DNA of 64,000 nucleotides from Gemmatimonadota bacterium (GTDB taxonomy: Bacteria > Gemmatimonadota > Gemmatimonadetes > Palauibacterales > Palauibacteraceae): assembly GCA_021295785.1 (NCBI GenBank), contig JAGWBR010000011.1, positions 37,839-101,838 of the forward strand. Reading direction: 5' to 3'. Under the pieces are notes generated by a model that saw only the letters and a list, made by a program, of their open reading frames with translations, did no database searches and was not told the origin of the DNA. Both the position numbers and the translations under genes were made by a program. Position 1 is the first letter of the stretch. Each line of letters opens with the position of its first letter. Below, one piece after another: positions 19,201-27,812 of the stretch.

Positions 19201-19927
19201 CGCGGCCCGCCCCCTGGCGCAGTCCCTGCCGGCCGCCGCGTCGGCACAGCGCCTGACGGCGTCCACTCTGCTGCACACGGTCCTGTTGGCGGAAACCGGC
19301 CAGGGGGGTGAACTGCGATTCCGGGCCGTGCCCCTGCCAGCCGGGGCGCAGCGGTCTCCGGCATTCGGGATAGCGGCGGCCGACCTTGACGGTGACGGAA
19401 ACGAAGACCTCCTACTGGCACAGAATTCTTACGGCGGACGCCCCGGCACCCCCAGGTATGATGGGGGGCGCAGCTTGTGGCTGCGAGGCGACGGGCGCGG
19501 GAACTTCGAAGCGGTCGAGAATGCCGGGATTGCCGTCTACGGCGATGCCCGGGCGGTAGCTCTGGCCGACTACGGCCAAGACGGCCGAGTAGATGTTGCG
19601 ATCGGCGTAAACGGGGGCGCGACCCGGCTCTACCGCAACCTGCGGGCTCGTCCGGGACTAAGGGTGTCGCCTCCCGTGCGACCCGGGGCCGCCGCTCTGG
19701 CGGTGGGTACCCGGCTCCGTGTGATTTACGACGACGGGCGGCTCGGCCCAGCCCGGGAAATCCGGATGGGCGAGGGCTACCGGGCCGTGAACGAGGTCGC
19801 CCAGACCTTGGGCCTGGGCGGTGGCGTGCCTGCAGCGCTGCAGGTCACATGGCCGGGCGGTGTGGTAGACACCCTAACGGTGACGCCGGGACAGCCGGAG
19901 CTGGTTCTGCCGGAGCCCCCGGGCTAA
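16256..19927 (+). CDS. FG-GAP/VCBS repeat + ASPIC/UnbV lipoprotein, copy 2
   Basis: Same architecture and collinear motifs as copy 1 (W.EEDG.RWR.L, RNTLQLNRGDGTF, LGPGV.W); lipobox AAAC. Confidence 0.88.
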   Translation: MAEGSPPPIRDSTRPVARLLVATALTGAAACGDARPGEWMEEDGHRWRELSRASGAAGGGYSRLDAAARGIDFVYAVSVEDRTSNRILAEGQGAAVGDVNGDGLADIVLAGFQQPVRLYINQGDWRFSKAPGGTLPEVAMARGVTLADANGDGHLDMFLAVHGAPNRLLSGDGTGSFTDGGPLGSHSRGSVTFAVADIDSDGDLDAYASNYKTARVDDQFPPEMLDIGLVTRDGDTVSVPERLQEVYDQHYRIEFDGRFVRRFELGEADELYINQGGGMFRAVDPLEVLEGEPLSGDPAWGLAAKFADWNGDGNADLYVANDFATPDRIWLGRGDGSFEEAPWQAVRTTSLSSMAVAAADLDRDGHVDLLTTDMLAREPDERRTQTHGFEALPDPPGQIRERVQVNRNTLQLNRGDGTFSEAAYQMGLPASGWSWAALALDADLDGWQDILIATGHLWNQLDGDASARISQIPNPPARQALAMLPALRQENVAFLGGPGGFRPAAPEWGWGGEEDITHGLAAGDLDQDGDLDVIATRFGEPPVLYRNESSSPRILVRLAGRPPNTRGIGARITLTGPDSVVQLRLISAGGDYLSSSDPVASLAALAEESRLRVIWPGGAVTELGGIRANREYELHQPPPGPTPPAGSKGHLDSRSPLADPWFEDVSALLGHVHTDTTHHRRSLQPLLPLALDRLGPGVTWADPDSDGDADLVVGAGAGGVVVMIPNRHGEPAGGGFGAEIPLTEVLEVDAATLLPLPRDGAGEPGFPVRFGAGLTMGIGSRETGGVSAGPMSAADIDLDGVLDLFVGGREMPGRYPRAADSYILRSGSRPDPRLSEPFRSLGLVSGSLFTDIDLDGDPDLALALEWGPPTVFLNDGAGGFTDATERLGLAGLSGRWNGIAAADFNGDGRQDLALSAWGNNLDLPSTYSVVHGDFNRDGVWDVVEVDPGGYPLRGRDALVRPWPLGEAGPGLPELVTVSYADFAARPLAQSLPAAASAQRLTASTLLHTVLLAETGQGGELRFRAVPLPAGAQRSPAFGIAAADLDGDGNEDLLLAQNSYGGRPGTPRYDGGRSLWLRGDGRGNFEAVENAGIAVYGDARAVALADYGQDGRVDVAIGVNGGATRLYRNLRARPGLRVSPPVRPGAAALAVGTRLRVIYDDGRLGPAREIRMGEGYRAVNEVAQTLGLGGGVPAALQVTWPGGVVDTLTVTPGQPELVLPEPPG

Positions 19928-19935
19928 CCCGGGGG
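19916..19935. terminator. Short GC hairpin at a convergent gene junction
   Basis: CCCCCGGG-CTAA-CCCGGGGG; no good U-tract. Confidence 0.25.
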
Positions 19936-19958
19936 AGGGGTTTACAGGAGAGGGTACG

Positions 19959-20642
19959 CTACCTGATCCCCAGCCCGAACCCCACGGCGATGTCGGTCTG
20001 CCGATCGATCCCGTCGGGACCGTCCCTGAAGGCCATCATCCCCCGCACCTCGGTGCGGAGCCACACGCCGGTCCTCACCCTGACCCGCATGCCACCGGCC
20101 AACACCGCCGAGGGGTCAAGCGCGGCCTCGACCACATCCGCGGCGGCGGGGCTGAAGTCGATCTGCCGGGCACCTCCACCAATTGAGATGTACGGCTCGA
20201 TTCCCGAGGCGGTACCCGAATCGGGAATCCGAAAAGTGAGCGCGGCGCTCGCGGCCATGTAGTCCACTCCACCAAAATCGGTCACCACGCCGTCGGTGCG
20301 CGCCACGCCGGTGAGTTCCGCGGGAGCGTAGCTGCCGTTGATCTCGATGCCCACGTGGCTGCCAACCCAGTACATCACCTGCCCCGCAAAGATCACGTCG
20401 GGGCTGAGCACGGCCCCGGGGTCGGGCGAGTTGGCCAGGTTGGTGAGAGGCATGAGGAGCCCCACGAAAGTGCCCAGCTCAATGCCCTGGCCAGCCACAT
20501 CGGCCTCTTCGGTCTCCGTCGCCGACATCGAGACCTGGGCCCGCGCCTCCGGTGCCGCTCCGAAAAAAGCCGTCCCGGCAAGAACCAGGCCTGCGAGCGC
20601 CATACCCCTGGCGCGGCTCCCCCTCCACATGGAATCCGTCAT
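19959..20642 (-). CDS. Outer-membrane beta-barrel protein (OMP_b-brl-like)
   Basis: Signal peptide ARA-Q, amphipathic strands, PYISIGGG, C-terminal VGFGLGIR. Confidence 0.7.
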   Translation of the reverse strand: MTDSMWRGSRARGMALAGLVLAGTAFFGAAPEARAQVSMSATETEEADVAGQGIELGTFVGLLMPLTNLANSPDPGAVLSPDVIFAGQVMYWVGSHVGIEINGSYAPAELTGVARTDGVVTDFGGVDYMAASAALTFRIPDSGTASGIEPYISIGGGARQIDFSPAAADVVEAALDPSAVLAGGMRVRVRTGVWLRTEVRGMMAFRDGPDGIDRQTDIAVGFGLGIR

Positions 20643-23623
20643 CTAATCCTCGTGATTGTGATCTGTGTCCGGTCCAGGCCCGCGGGCGTCCCGGTTTCGT
20701 CAATTCCGACAGACAACGCCAGGGCCGGCGACTCTGGCTCCAGTGCCAACCGGAAGAAAGCCGCCCCGGAAGGGTGTACGTCGAAATGCCAGGCCGAAGC
20801 TTCAAGTGTCACCGGCGAGGGCCGGAGCGGATAGCTGGCACCAAATCCGAGGACCGCTTCGCCGAGCCGGGGTTCAAGCTGTTCAAACACTCCTGGCAAG
20901 TCCCACGTTGGAGCGGGAACGCCCTCGGGACCCGGATCCGATGGCCGAGAGAACGGCCGGTTCGACACCGAGTCCTCCGGGTTCGCGGGTTCTGAAAGGC
21001 CAGCGAGTGAGGCCGCGAGCCCTCCCATCAACTCCGCCCAAGTCCGGTTCGAGACCCGCTCCAGGTTGGCTACGCCGCGCGTCAACCTCTGCCCCCCCAA
21101 CGCCAACGACCTGAACAGCACCCGTTCGTCGCCGCCCACGGTGTCGGCCATCCACCGCACCGTCAGCCACCCAAAACCGCGCGGCCCCAGGGCATCGACT
21201 CCAACCGGGATTTCCTCCCCTCCGCGCCCCGCTCCCGGGTCGGCCAGGTAGGCCCCAACCTGGGCAAACAACGGGCGCAAGTAGGCATCGAAGGTGGCCA
21301 GAGCCGGCGCCGGCGCGCTGCTCAGATCAAGCCCGGTTGTGCCGGGGCGCAAGCCGAGAACGGCCCGCCCAGCGGCCTCCTGAGCCACCGCCGACAGAGC
21401 TTCCTCCAGCCATGTTTCGTCCAGCACGCCGAAGCCCCCGCCCGGCGCGGAGAGCCTCCGCCCGGTCGAAATCAGGTGCTGGAGTTCGTGCGCGGCGACC
21501 CGGCGGGAGGCCTGCAATGCATCTTCCACCGACCACACGGGCCCGTCTGCTCCGCGCGGGTCGGGCGACCTCACGTAGATGATCTCCGCCTCATTGCCGG
21601 CCGGGCACAACTGCACACCCTCCGACTCATCTTCGCCGTCGACCGAAGCGACCGGCCTGGCGGCAGCCAGGTCCAGCGGCAAAAAGAACCCCTCCGGCCG
21701 CCACTCGTTGGTTGCAAGGCGGTTCACGCGTGGCGTGAACAACAGAACCACGCGGCGGTTGCCGTCCAGGTCTCCCGGCTCCCCGAAATACGCCATCACG
21801 GCGGGCAGGGCCGTGTTGTCCAGTTCGTTGCCCAGCGCGGTCCATTGTTCGGGCGACGGACTGGTTGTCAGGGCCGCGGTATCCTCCGCAAGTATGATGT
21901 TCCTGCCCGCCCACCTGACTACGCTGCGCACCGGGGCCACGGCCGCCTCGCAGTTGATTGAAGGCCCGGGTCCGACCGGGAAAAAGTGCCTCAGGGTGTC
22001 GCCGGGCAGGGGAGGTCGAAATAGCGAGTTGGACGCTGCGGTCGACCCTCCGGCAACCCGGCTCCCCGCCGCCGGTTCGCCGGGGAGGTCCCGGTCGGCG
22101 GGATCGCCCGAAAGCCCCTCATCTCGCGGCCGGGCGGGGGAAGCACGTCTCCGCAGCAACTCGTCGACCGCCATCCGGCGCAATACGGCGTTCCCCGGGT
22201 CATATTGCAGCAGCGCACGAGCGGCCTCCGCCGAGAGGGTCTCGGAGAGTCTTTCGATACGCCTGGAGGCATCCGGCGCAGTTTCTCCGGCCGCTGCAGT
22301 CCCCGTCGCGGCCACGGCATGGGGCAAACCGTCACCCGGCGCGCGGGCAGCGCCCGGAAGCGCCGAAAGGTTGTAGGCGACGTCCTCGCCGTCGGCCAGG
22401 CTTGTGTTCCCGACTGCAATCAAGAACTGTCTGGCGTTGGCCGAAGCAGAAATCTGGAGGCACGCAGCCGCCTCGCCGGCGAGGGTTGCCGACTGCCCGA
22501 CTTCCAGGTCCACCGGGGTCTCGACCGGTTCGAGAAGGGCGAACTCACCGTTGCTGAGCTCACCGCCGTTAATCACCCGCACGCCCACCGACCGGGCAGG
22601 CTCGCAGCCCCCCTCAAACGCCGGCACCCGAATCAACAGGTCGCGCGGCGAGGCACCGAGCACGGCAGCCTGCCGACCACCGATCCACACCCTGTTGTCG
22701 CTGGCTATCGGGCTGAACCCGCTCCCGAAGAGCACTGTCTGGCCACCCGCCGGCAGCCGGGAGGCACGCACGGAGTCCAGTCGTACCGATCCGACGAACA
22801 GAGGGAGGACGATCGCGGGAATCCGGACCGTGTCGGAGGCCGACACCCCCTCCGCGAAGGCCTCGACAACGATCTGGCCGGTCTCGGAGCCGAGCCGGAG
22901 AACCGTGCGGGCCTGGCCGTCGCTCCCGGTCAAACCGGTGCCCCGCGTCAGGCTCGGGGCAATAAAGACCGGCTCGTCTCCCGCATCTTCGGCCTCGCCC
23001 GGATCGCCGTTCGACGCGGCACCGGCGGCGGTCTCGCTTTCCGGGTCCTGCTCGCGCGGAGCAATACGGAAACGAATCGCGACACCGCCCGCCGGGGAGC
23101 CGTAGACGGTCTCCGCCGCCACCACCAACGGCAGCGGAAGCTCGCTGGCGGTCTCGGCACTCTGTTCGGCACCGGAAACGATGGTGAGCACCACCGAATC
23201 CGCGGGCTCGATCCGGACCGGCAGCACCAGCGGCACGACGGCCGGGGCGCTGGGAATGTCGACCGTGATCTCGGCGAGGCCGGGCGTGGGCCCTGCCCGG
23301 AACGCTGCCTGTGCCACACCGTTGGGACCGGTGACGGCGACGCCGGTTTCGATCAAACCCTCACCCTGGGTACGGACGAACCTGACCGGGACCCCTTCCA
23401 GCGGTCGACCGGAGGCAGCCGTGACCAAGGCAACCAGAGGAGGATCGGTCAATCCACCGGTGACGGCGAAATACTCGCCCTCATATGCCGCCGACACATT
23501 GGACGGCGACAAACCGGGAATGGACGTCGTGACGGCGTCTTCGCAGGCGCCGGCGAGGGTGATGGACAGCAGCAGCGTAACGGCGGGCCAAATGAAATTA
23601 CTGCGGACTTTGGCGTGTGGCAT
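20639..23623 (-). CDS. Surface lipoprotein with Ig-like and IPT/TIG domains and an HEXXH zinc-metallopeptidase-like domain
   Basis: Lipobox LAGAC, Big-like segments, G.GFS...N.V.IGG (TIG), DLDGN.RV, AHELQHLI...WLEEALS. Confidence 0.7.
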   Translation of the reverse strand: MPHAKVRSNFIWPAVTLLLSITLAGACEDAVTTSIPGLSPSNVSAAYEGEYFAVTGGLTDPPLVALVTAASGRPLEGVPVRFVRTQGEGLIETGVAVTGPNGVAQAAFRAGPTPGLAEITVDIPSAPAVVPLVLPVRIEPADSVVLTIVSGAEQSAETASELPLPLVVAAETVYGSPAGGVAIRFRIAPREQDPESETAAGAASNGDPGEAEDAGDEPVFIAPSLTRGTGLTGSDGQARTVLRLGSETGQIVVEAFAEGVSASDTVRIPAIVLPLFVGSVRLDSVRASRLPAGGQTVLFGSGFSPIASDNRVWIGGRQAAVLGASPRDLLIRVPAFEGGCEPARSVGVRVINGGELSNGEFALLEPVETPVDLEVGQSATLAGEAAACLQISASANARQFLIAVGNTSLADGEDVAYNLSALPGAARAPGDGLPHAVAATGTAAAGETAPDASRRIERLSETLSAEAARALLQYDPGNAVLRRMAVDELLRRRASPARPRDEGLSGDPADRDLPGEPAAGSRVAGGSTAASNSLFRPPLPGDTLRHFFPVGPGPSINCEAAVAPVRSVVRWAGRNIILAEDTAALTTSPSPEQWTALGNELDNTALPAVMAYFGEPGDLDGNRRVVLLFTPRVNRLATNEWRPEGFFLPLDLAAARPVASVDGEDESEGVQLCPAGNEAEIIYVRSPDPRGADGPVWSVEDALQASRRVAAHELQHLISTGRRLSAPGGGFGVLDETWLEEALSAVAQEAAGRAVLGLRPGTTGLDLSSAPAPALATFDAYLRPLFAQVGAYLADPGAGRGGEEIPVGVDALGPRGFGWLTVRWMADTVGGDERVLFRSLALGGQRLTRGVANLERVSNRTWAELMGGLAASLAGLSEPANPEDSVSNRPFSRPSDPGPEGVPAPTWDLPGVFEQLEPRLGEAVLGFGASYPLRPSPVTLEASAWHFDVHPSGAAFFRLALEPESPALALSVGIDETGTPAGLDRTQITITRIR

Positions 23624-23835
23624 ACGGATTACGGACGTTGGCTTTCCTCCGTCGGAGCCTCAGGTTGCCTACTACTCATCAATCCGACACTGAACATAGA
23701 TTTGGGGGAGCGCTTCAACAAGGTTGCAGCCGAAAGGTTGTAACCAACGCAGGCCCGAAGGATGGTGAAGTCTGGCCCCGAGAGGCCGGACCAGGGTCGA
23801 GCGCCTGCGGATAACAGACCGAGACCGGTCCCATC

Positions 23836-24222
23836 GGAGGGAGAGGAGGTCGCGGACGGGTGCCTTGCGGCGCGCCGTTCGAGGAAAGTCCGGGCTTCAC
23901 AGGGCACGGCGCCGGGTAACTCCCGGGCGTCGAGAGGCGACGGAAAGTGCAACAGAGAACAGACCGCCGATGGCGCGTGTTTGCCCTCCGGGGCGGCGGC
24001 GCACAGGCAAGGGTGAAACGGTGGGGTAAGAGCCCACCGCGTTTCCTGGAAACAGGGACGGCATGGTAAACCCCGCCGGAAGCAAGGCCAAGCAGGAACC
24101 AGTGGCGGCCCGCCGCGCACGAGTTCCGGGTAGGCCGCAAGAGGCCTCGGGAGACCGAGGTCCCAGACAGATGACCTCGGGCCGGCGCGAGCCGGTCAAC
24201 AGAACCCGGCTTATCTCCCTCC
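23836..24222 (+). ncRNA. rnpB: RNase P RNA, bacterial type A
   Basis: GAGGAAAGTCCGGGC, GGAAAGTGCAACAGA, GGGTGAAACGGTGGGGTAAGAGCCCACC, GGTAAACCCC, CAGATG, ACAGAACCCGGCTTA; terminal P1 GGAGGGAGA/TCTCCCTCC. Confidence 0.98.
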
Positions 24223-24253
24223 ATGCCGGTCGGGTCAGGGGAAGGAAAAACCG

Positions 24254-25534
24254 TTGCGGTTAGATATCCGCTGTAGTCGGCTGGACAACGGTCTTCGAGT
24301 CGTGCTCCAGCCAGATGATTCTGTTCCGCTGGTGGCGGTACACGTCATGTACCACGTGGGTTCCAGGAACGAACCGCCCGGCCGGACTGGGTTCGCGCAC
24401 CTCTTCGAACACCTGCTTTTCCAGGGATCGGAGAACGTGCCGCGCGAAGGCCACTTCAAATACATCCAGGACGCGGGCGGCACCCTTAACGGGACAACCT
24501 GGTTTGACCGCACCAATTATTTCGAGACCGTCCCGGCGAATGAGCTCGACCTGGCCCTGTGGCTCGAGTCGGACCGCATGGGCTTCTTCAAGACGGGTAT
24601 CACGCAGGAGAAACTGGACAACCAGCGGGAGGTCGTGAAGAACGAGCGCCGGCAGTCCTACGAGAACCGTCCCTACGGGATGGCTTTCGAGACGCTTCTC
24701 CACAACGCCTTTCCGAAGGGTCACCCGTACCGCCATCCCACGATCGGCTACATGGAGGACCTGGAAGCCGCGACCCTCGACGATGTGAGAGGGTTTTTCG
24801 ACACCTACTACGCCCCAAGCAACGCCGTCGTGGTTCTGTGCGGCCGCTTTGATCCGGTGGAGGCCATGAACCGGGTCAACGCCTGGTTCGGCCCCGTTCC
24901 GCGGCGGACGACCCCGGGTCGCCCCGACATTCCGAAGATGACGCTCGAGCCGTCGCGCGAGGTGTTGGAGGACCGGGTTCAGTCGCCGCGCGTGTATCTG
25001 ATGTTCCATTCTCCGGCCTTCACCGACCCCCGATTCGAGGCCACGGATGCGCTGATGGCGCTGCTCAGCGAGGGCGCCAGCACACCCCTCAACCGCGACC
25101 TTGTTTACGAACAGCAGATTGCAGCGGGGGTGTCGACTTTCACCTGGCCAACCGAGGACGCCGGGATGTGCTTCGCCGTGGCGACGGGTCGCCCGGGCGG
25201 GTGCGCCGACGAGCTGGAGGACGCCCTCCGCAGGTCAATCGCGAACTCCGTCGAAAGCGGCGTTACAAAAGAGGCGACCGCGGGCGCAGTGAACAGAACG
25301 CGCCTGGCGTTGGTGAACCGGGTGGCGGACGTGGGCGAACGGGCGGACGCTCTGGCCCACGCCGCTATCCTGCGGCAGGATCCCTATTACGTGAACGACA
25401 GCTTCGGCCGGTACGAGAGCCTGACTCGCACGGACCTTTTGGAGGCCGCGGCGGTACTAGACCTTGACCGAGCCAACGTTGTTCAGGTCATTCCGGGGAA
25501 GTCAGGGCGGGAGACCGAGCAGGAGACCGAGTGA
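24254..25534 (+). CDS. M16B zinc peptidase, catalytic subunit
   Basis: GFAHLFEHL (HxxEH), NG.T..DRTNY, LESDRM, VVKNERR. Confidence 0.93.
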   Translation: MRLDIRCSRLDNGLRVVLQPDDSVPLVAVHVMYHVGSRNEPPGRTGFAHLFEHLLFQGSENVPREGHFKYIQDAGGTLNGTTWFDRTNYFETVPANELDLALWLESDRMGFFKTGITQEKLDNQREVVKNERRQSYENRPYGMAFETLLHNAFPKGHPYRHPTIGYMEDLEAATLDDVRGFFDTYYAPSNAVVVLCGRFDPVEAMNRVNAWFGPVPRRTTPGRPDIPKMTLEPSREVLEDRVQSPRVYLMFHSPAFTDPRFEATDALMALLSEGASTPLNRDLVYEQQIAAGVSTFTWPTEDAGMCFAVATGRPGGCADELEDALRRSIANSVESGVTKEATAGAVNRTRLALVNRVADVGERADALAHAAILRQDPYYVNDSFGRYESLTRTDLLEAAAVLDLDRANVVQVIPGKSGRETEQETE

Positions 25535-27078
25535 GCGAAGACCCCATGGCCGAAGAGCCCGAAAACGCCGAAGGGTCCGAAGACGCGGAAGAGCCCGAAG
25601 ACGGTGCGGAGCGCGGTCCGATGTTCTCCGGCCAGCCGCTGGCCGCCCACAAACTGCTACCGCTGGAGAAGATCCCCCCGGTGGACAGGACCCGCCGGCC
25701 GCCGCCGAGCCCGCCGCTGGGCCTCACGGTTCCCGAGTTCCAGGAGAGGTGCCTGGGCAACGGGGTCATTATCGAATGCGCCCACCGGCCGAACATCCCG
25801 GAGGTCGCCATTCAGATGATTCTTGAGGCGGGTGCCGAGTCCGAGGATTCGGGGTCCGCGGGTCTTGCGGAACTCACTGCCTCGCTCGTCACGGAGGGGT
25901 CGGGCGAGATGGGGGCGATGGAGATGGCCGAGCGGCTGGACTACCTGGGAGCCGATTTCCGCGTGGGTGCCGATTACGCCGTCACCTCGGCCAGCCTGCA
26001 CTGTTTGCCCGACATGTTGCGCGACGCCCTGAATTTCATGGGCGATTGCGTAATCCATCCCTCCTTCCCGCCGAGCGAGTTCACCCGAGTCAGGCAGGAA
26101 CACCTCGACGGGATCGCCATGCGGCTGGACGACCCCGCCTCTGCCGCGATGATCTCGCTGCTGCCGGCCATCTATGGCACCGGCAGGTACGCAATCAGTG
26201 TGCAGGGTGCTGCCGCCTCGGTCGGAGCGCTGACCCGCGACGACGCAGAGAGGTTCCACCGAGGCCGGTACTCCCCGTCGGGTGCACGGATTGTGGCATG
26301 TGGGGGGGTTGAGCCCGAGAAGCTTCTGGATCTCATGGAGGAGCGGTTCGGGGACTGGACGGGCGAAGACCTAGCCCCGGCCCCACCGCCGGTGTCGCCA
26401 GACCCGGTGCGGCGAGAAGGGGTCATCCTGCTGGAGCGGCCGGGCGCCGCCCAGGCCGAGGTGCGGATCGGCGCGGTGGGAGTCGCCTACGGCACCGACG
26501 ATCATTTCGCGTTGGTTCTGGCAAACGCCCTGTTGGGGGGCCTCTTCAACTCGCGCATCAATATGAATCTGCGCGAAGAGAAGGGCTGGACCTACGGAGC
26601 CAGGACCTCGTTCAGCTTTCGGCGAGGCCCCGGGCCCTTCCTGGCGGCCGCGGCGGTCGAATCGCGCTTTGCCGGACCCGCCCTGGAGGAGATGCTGGGC
26701 GAGATCCACCGCATGGCCTCCGAACCGGTTCCGGACGACGAACTGACCCTTGCCCGCAACGCCCTCACGCTGTCGCTGCCGCGGACGTTCGAGACAGCGG
26801 GGCAGATGGTAGCGGCAGTGTCCAGGCAGCGTGTTTTCGGGTTGTCGCCGGACTACTGGACGGACTATAGTGACCAAATGGAATCCGTCACGCCGGAGCA
26901 GGTCATGGACGCCGTCCGCGGGCGCCTCGACCCCAAGGCACTTGTGCTGTTGGTGGCGGGCGACCCGGCCTCCACCGGCGGACTGGGCCAGCTTGGACCG
27001 GTGACGCGACTGATGCCGGACTGCGCGGACTTTGGTGCGGCCGGTGCAGCGCCGCCGGCGTTTGGGAAAGAGAGTTGA
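25531..27078 (+). CDS. M16B peptidase, non-catalytic partner subunit
   Basis: M16 fold motifs without HxxEH; FNSRINMNLREEKGWTYG; GTGA overlap. Confidence 0.9.
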   Translation: MSEDPMAEEPENAEGSEDAEEPEDGAERGPMFSGQPLAAHKLLPLEKIPPVDRTRRPPPSPPLGLTVPEFQERCLGNGVIIECAHRPNIPEVAIQMILEAGAESEDSGSAGLAELTASLVTEGSGEMGAMEMAERLDYLGADFRVGADYAVTSASLHCLPDMLRDALNFMGDCVIHPSFPPSEFTRVRQEHLDGIAMRLDDPASAAMISLLPAIYGTGRYAISVQGAAASVGALTRDDAERFHRGRYSPSGARIVACGGVEPEKLLDLMEERFGDWTGEDLAPAPPPVSPDPVRREGVILLERPGAAQAEVRIGAVGVAYGTDDHFALVLANALLGGLFNSRINMNLREEKGWTYGARTSFSFRRGPGPFLAAAAVESRFAGPALEEMLGEIHRMASEPVPDDELTLARNALTLSLPRTFETAGQMVAAVSRQRVFGLSPDYWTDYSDQMESVTPEQVMDAVRGRLDPKALVLLVAGDPASTGGLGQLGPVTRLMPDCADFGAAGAAPPAFGKES

Positions 27079-27728
27079 GGGGAGCTTTGGAATCTTCGAG
27101 GGACCAGCTCCAGGTGGTGCAAGGGCGGGGAGGTGCCGCCAAGGCAGCCCTGGCCTCGATGAGCGACGAGGACCTGGTCAAGCAGAGTCTGGCAGGCGTC
27201 AATCAGGCGTTCACCGAATTGGCGCAACGGTACCACAGCCGGCTGATCAACTTCGTCTACCGCACGATCGGCGATGTAGACCGGGCCGAAGATCTCGCGC
27301 AGGAGACTTTTGTCCGGGTCTTCAGGCACCTCAAACGATTCGACCAACGCAAGAAGTTCTCAACTTGGATCTACACCATCGCCAGTAACCTGTCGAAGAA
27401 CGAGATTCGCAACCGCTTGAGCAGCCCTCTTGTTCTTTTTCAGTCGTTGCGCAAGCACTGGGATGCCGATCACCACGACATGGAGTTCGAAGATAATTCG
27501 AACCGACCCGACTACCTGTTCCGCTCGCGCGACCTGACGGAAACCGTCGAACAGGCGGTCCGGGAACTGCCTCACCACCACCGCGTGGTGTTTGTGCTCC
27601 GCGAGATGGAGGGACTCACTTATGAAGAAATCGCCAGCGTCACCGGAATTACAATTGGGACGGTCAAGTCCCGTTTGAACCGGGCCCGGACAAGATTCGC
27701 CCAGGCCATCGCCCCGATGGTCGGATAA
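27075..27728 (+). CDS. ECF RNA polymerase sigma factor
   Basis: AEDLAQETF, FSTWIYTIA.N, GLTYEEIA..GTVKSRLNRAR; TTGA overlap (ATG 27159 alternative). Confidence 0.95.
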   Translation: MRGALESSRDQLQVVQGRGGAAKAALASMSDEDLVKQSLAGVNQAFTELAQRYHSRLINFVYRTIGDVDRAEDLAQETFVRVFRHLKRFDQRKKFSTWIYTIASNLSKNEIRNRLSSPLVLFQSLRKHWDADHHDMEFEDNSNRPDYLFRSRDLTETVEQAVRELPHHHRVVFVLREMEGLTYEEIASVTGITIGTVKSRLNRARTRFAQAIAPMVG

Positions 27729-27774
27729 TCAGATGAGAGAACGCGGACGGTCAGGGAACCGCGGTCAGGCTGTT

Positions 27775-27800
27775 GAACTTTTTTCGGGGCAGAGGGGTAA
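27775..27800 (+). promoter_or_regulatory. Putative ECF-sigma promoter
   Basis: GAACTT-N16-GTAA just upstream of the anti-sigma ATG at 27813. Confidence 0.5.
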
Positions 27801-27812
27801 CCGGAGTACAGA

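Noticed and set aside
12559-19927. Recurrent GACGGCGACGG-type DNA repeats as a possible array
   Set aside because: They encode FG-GAP DxDGDG motifs and are irregularly spaced; not CRISPR or a non-coding repeat.
23648-23685. Minus-strand GTCGGA/TCCGAC stem enclosing TGATGA...GGCAACC...CTGA (hammerhead, C/D box or SAM-like fragments)
   Set aside because: Only isolated short words match; the required cores and helices are missing.
23748-23768. CAGGCCCGAAGGA resembling SRP RNA helix 8
   Set aside because: Lacks the GNRA loop and the following AGCAG; not called as ffs.
23629-24263. ORFs overlapping rnpB
   Set aside because: The region is explained by RNase P RNA.
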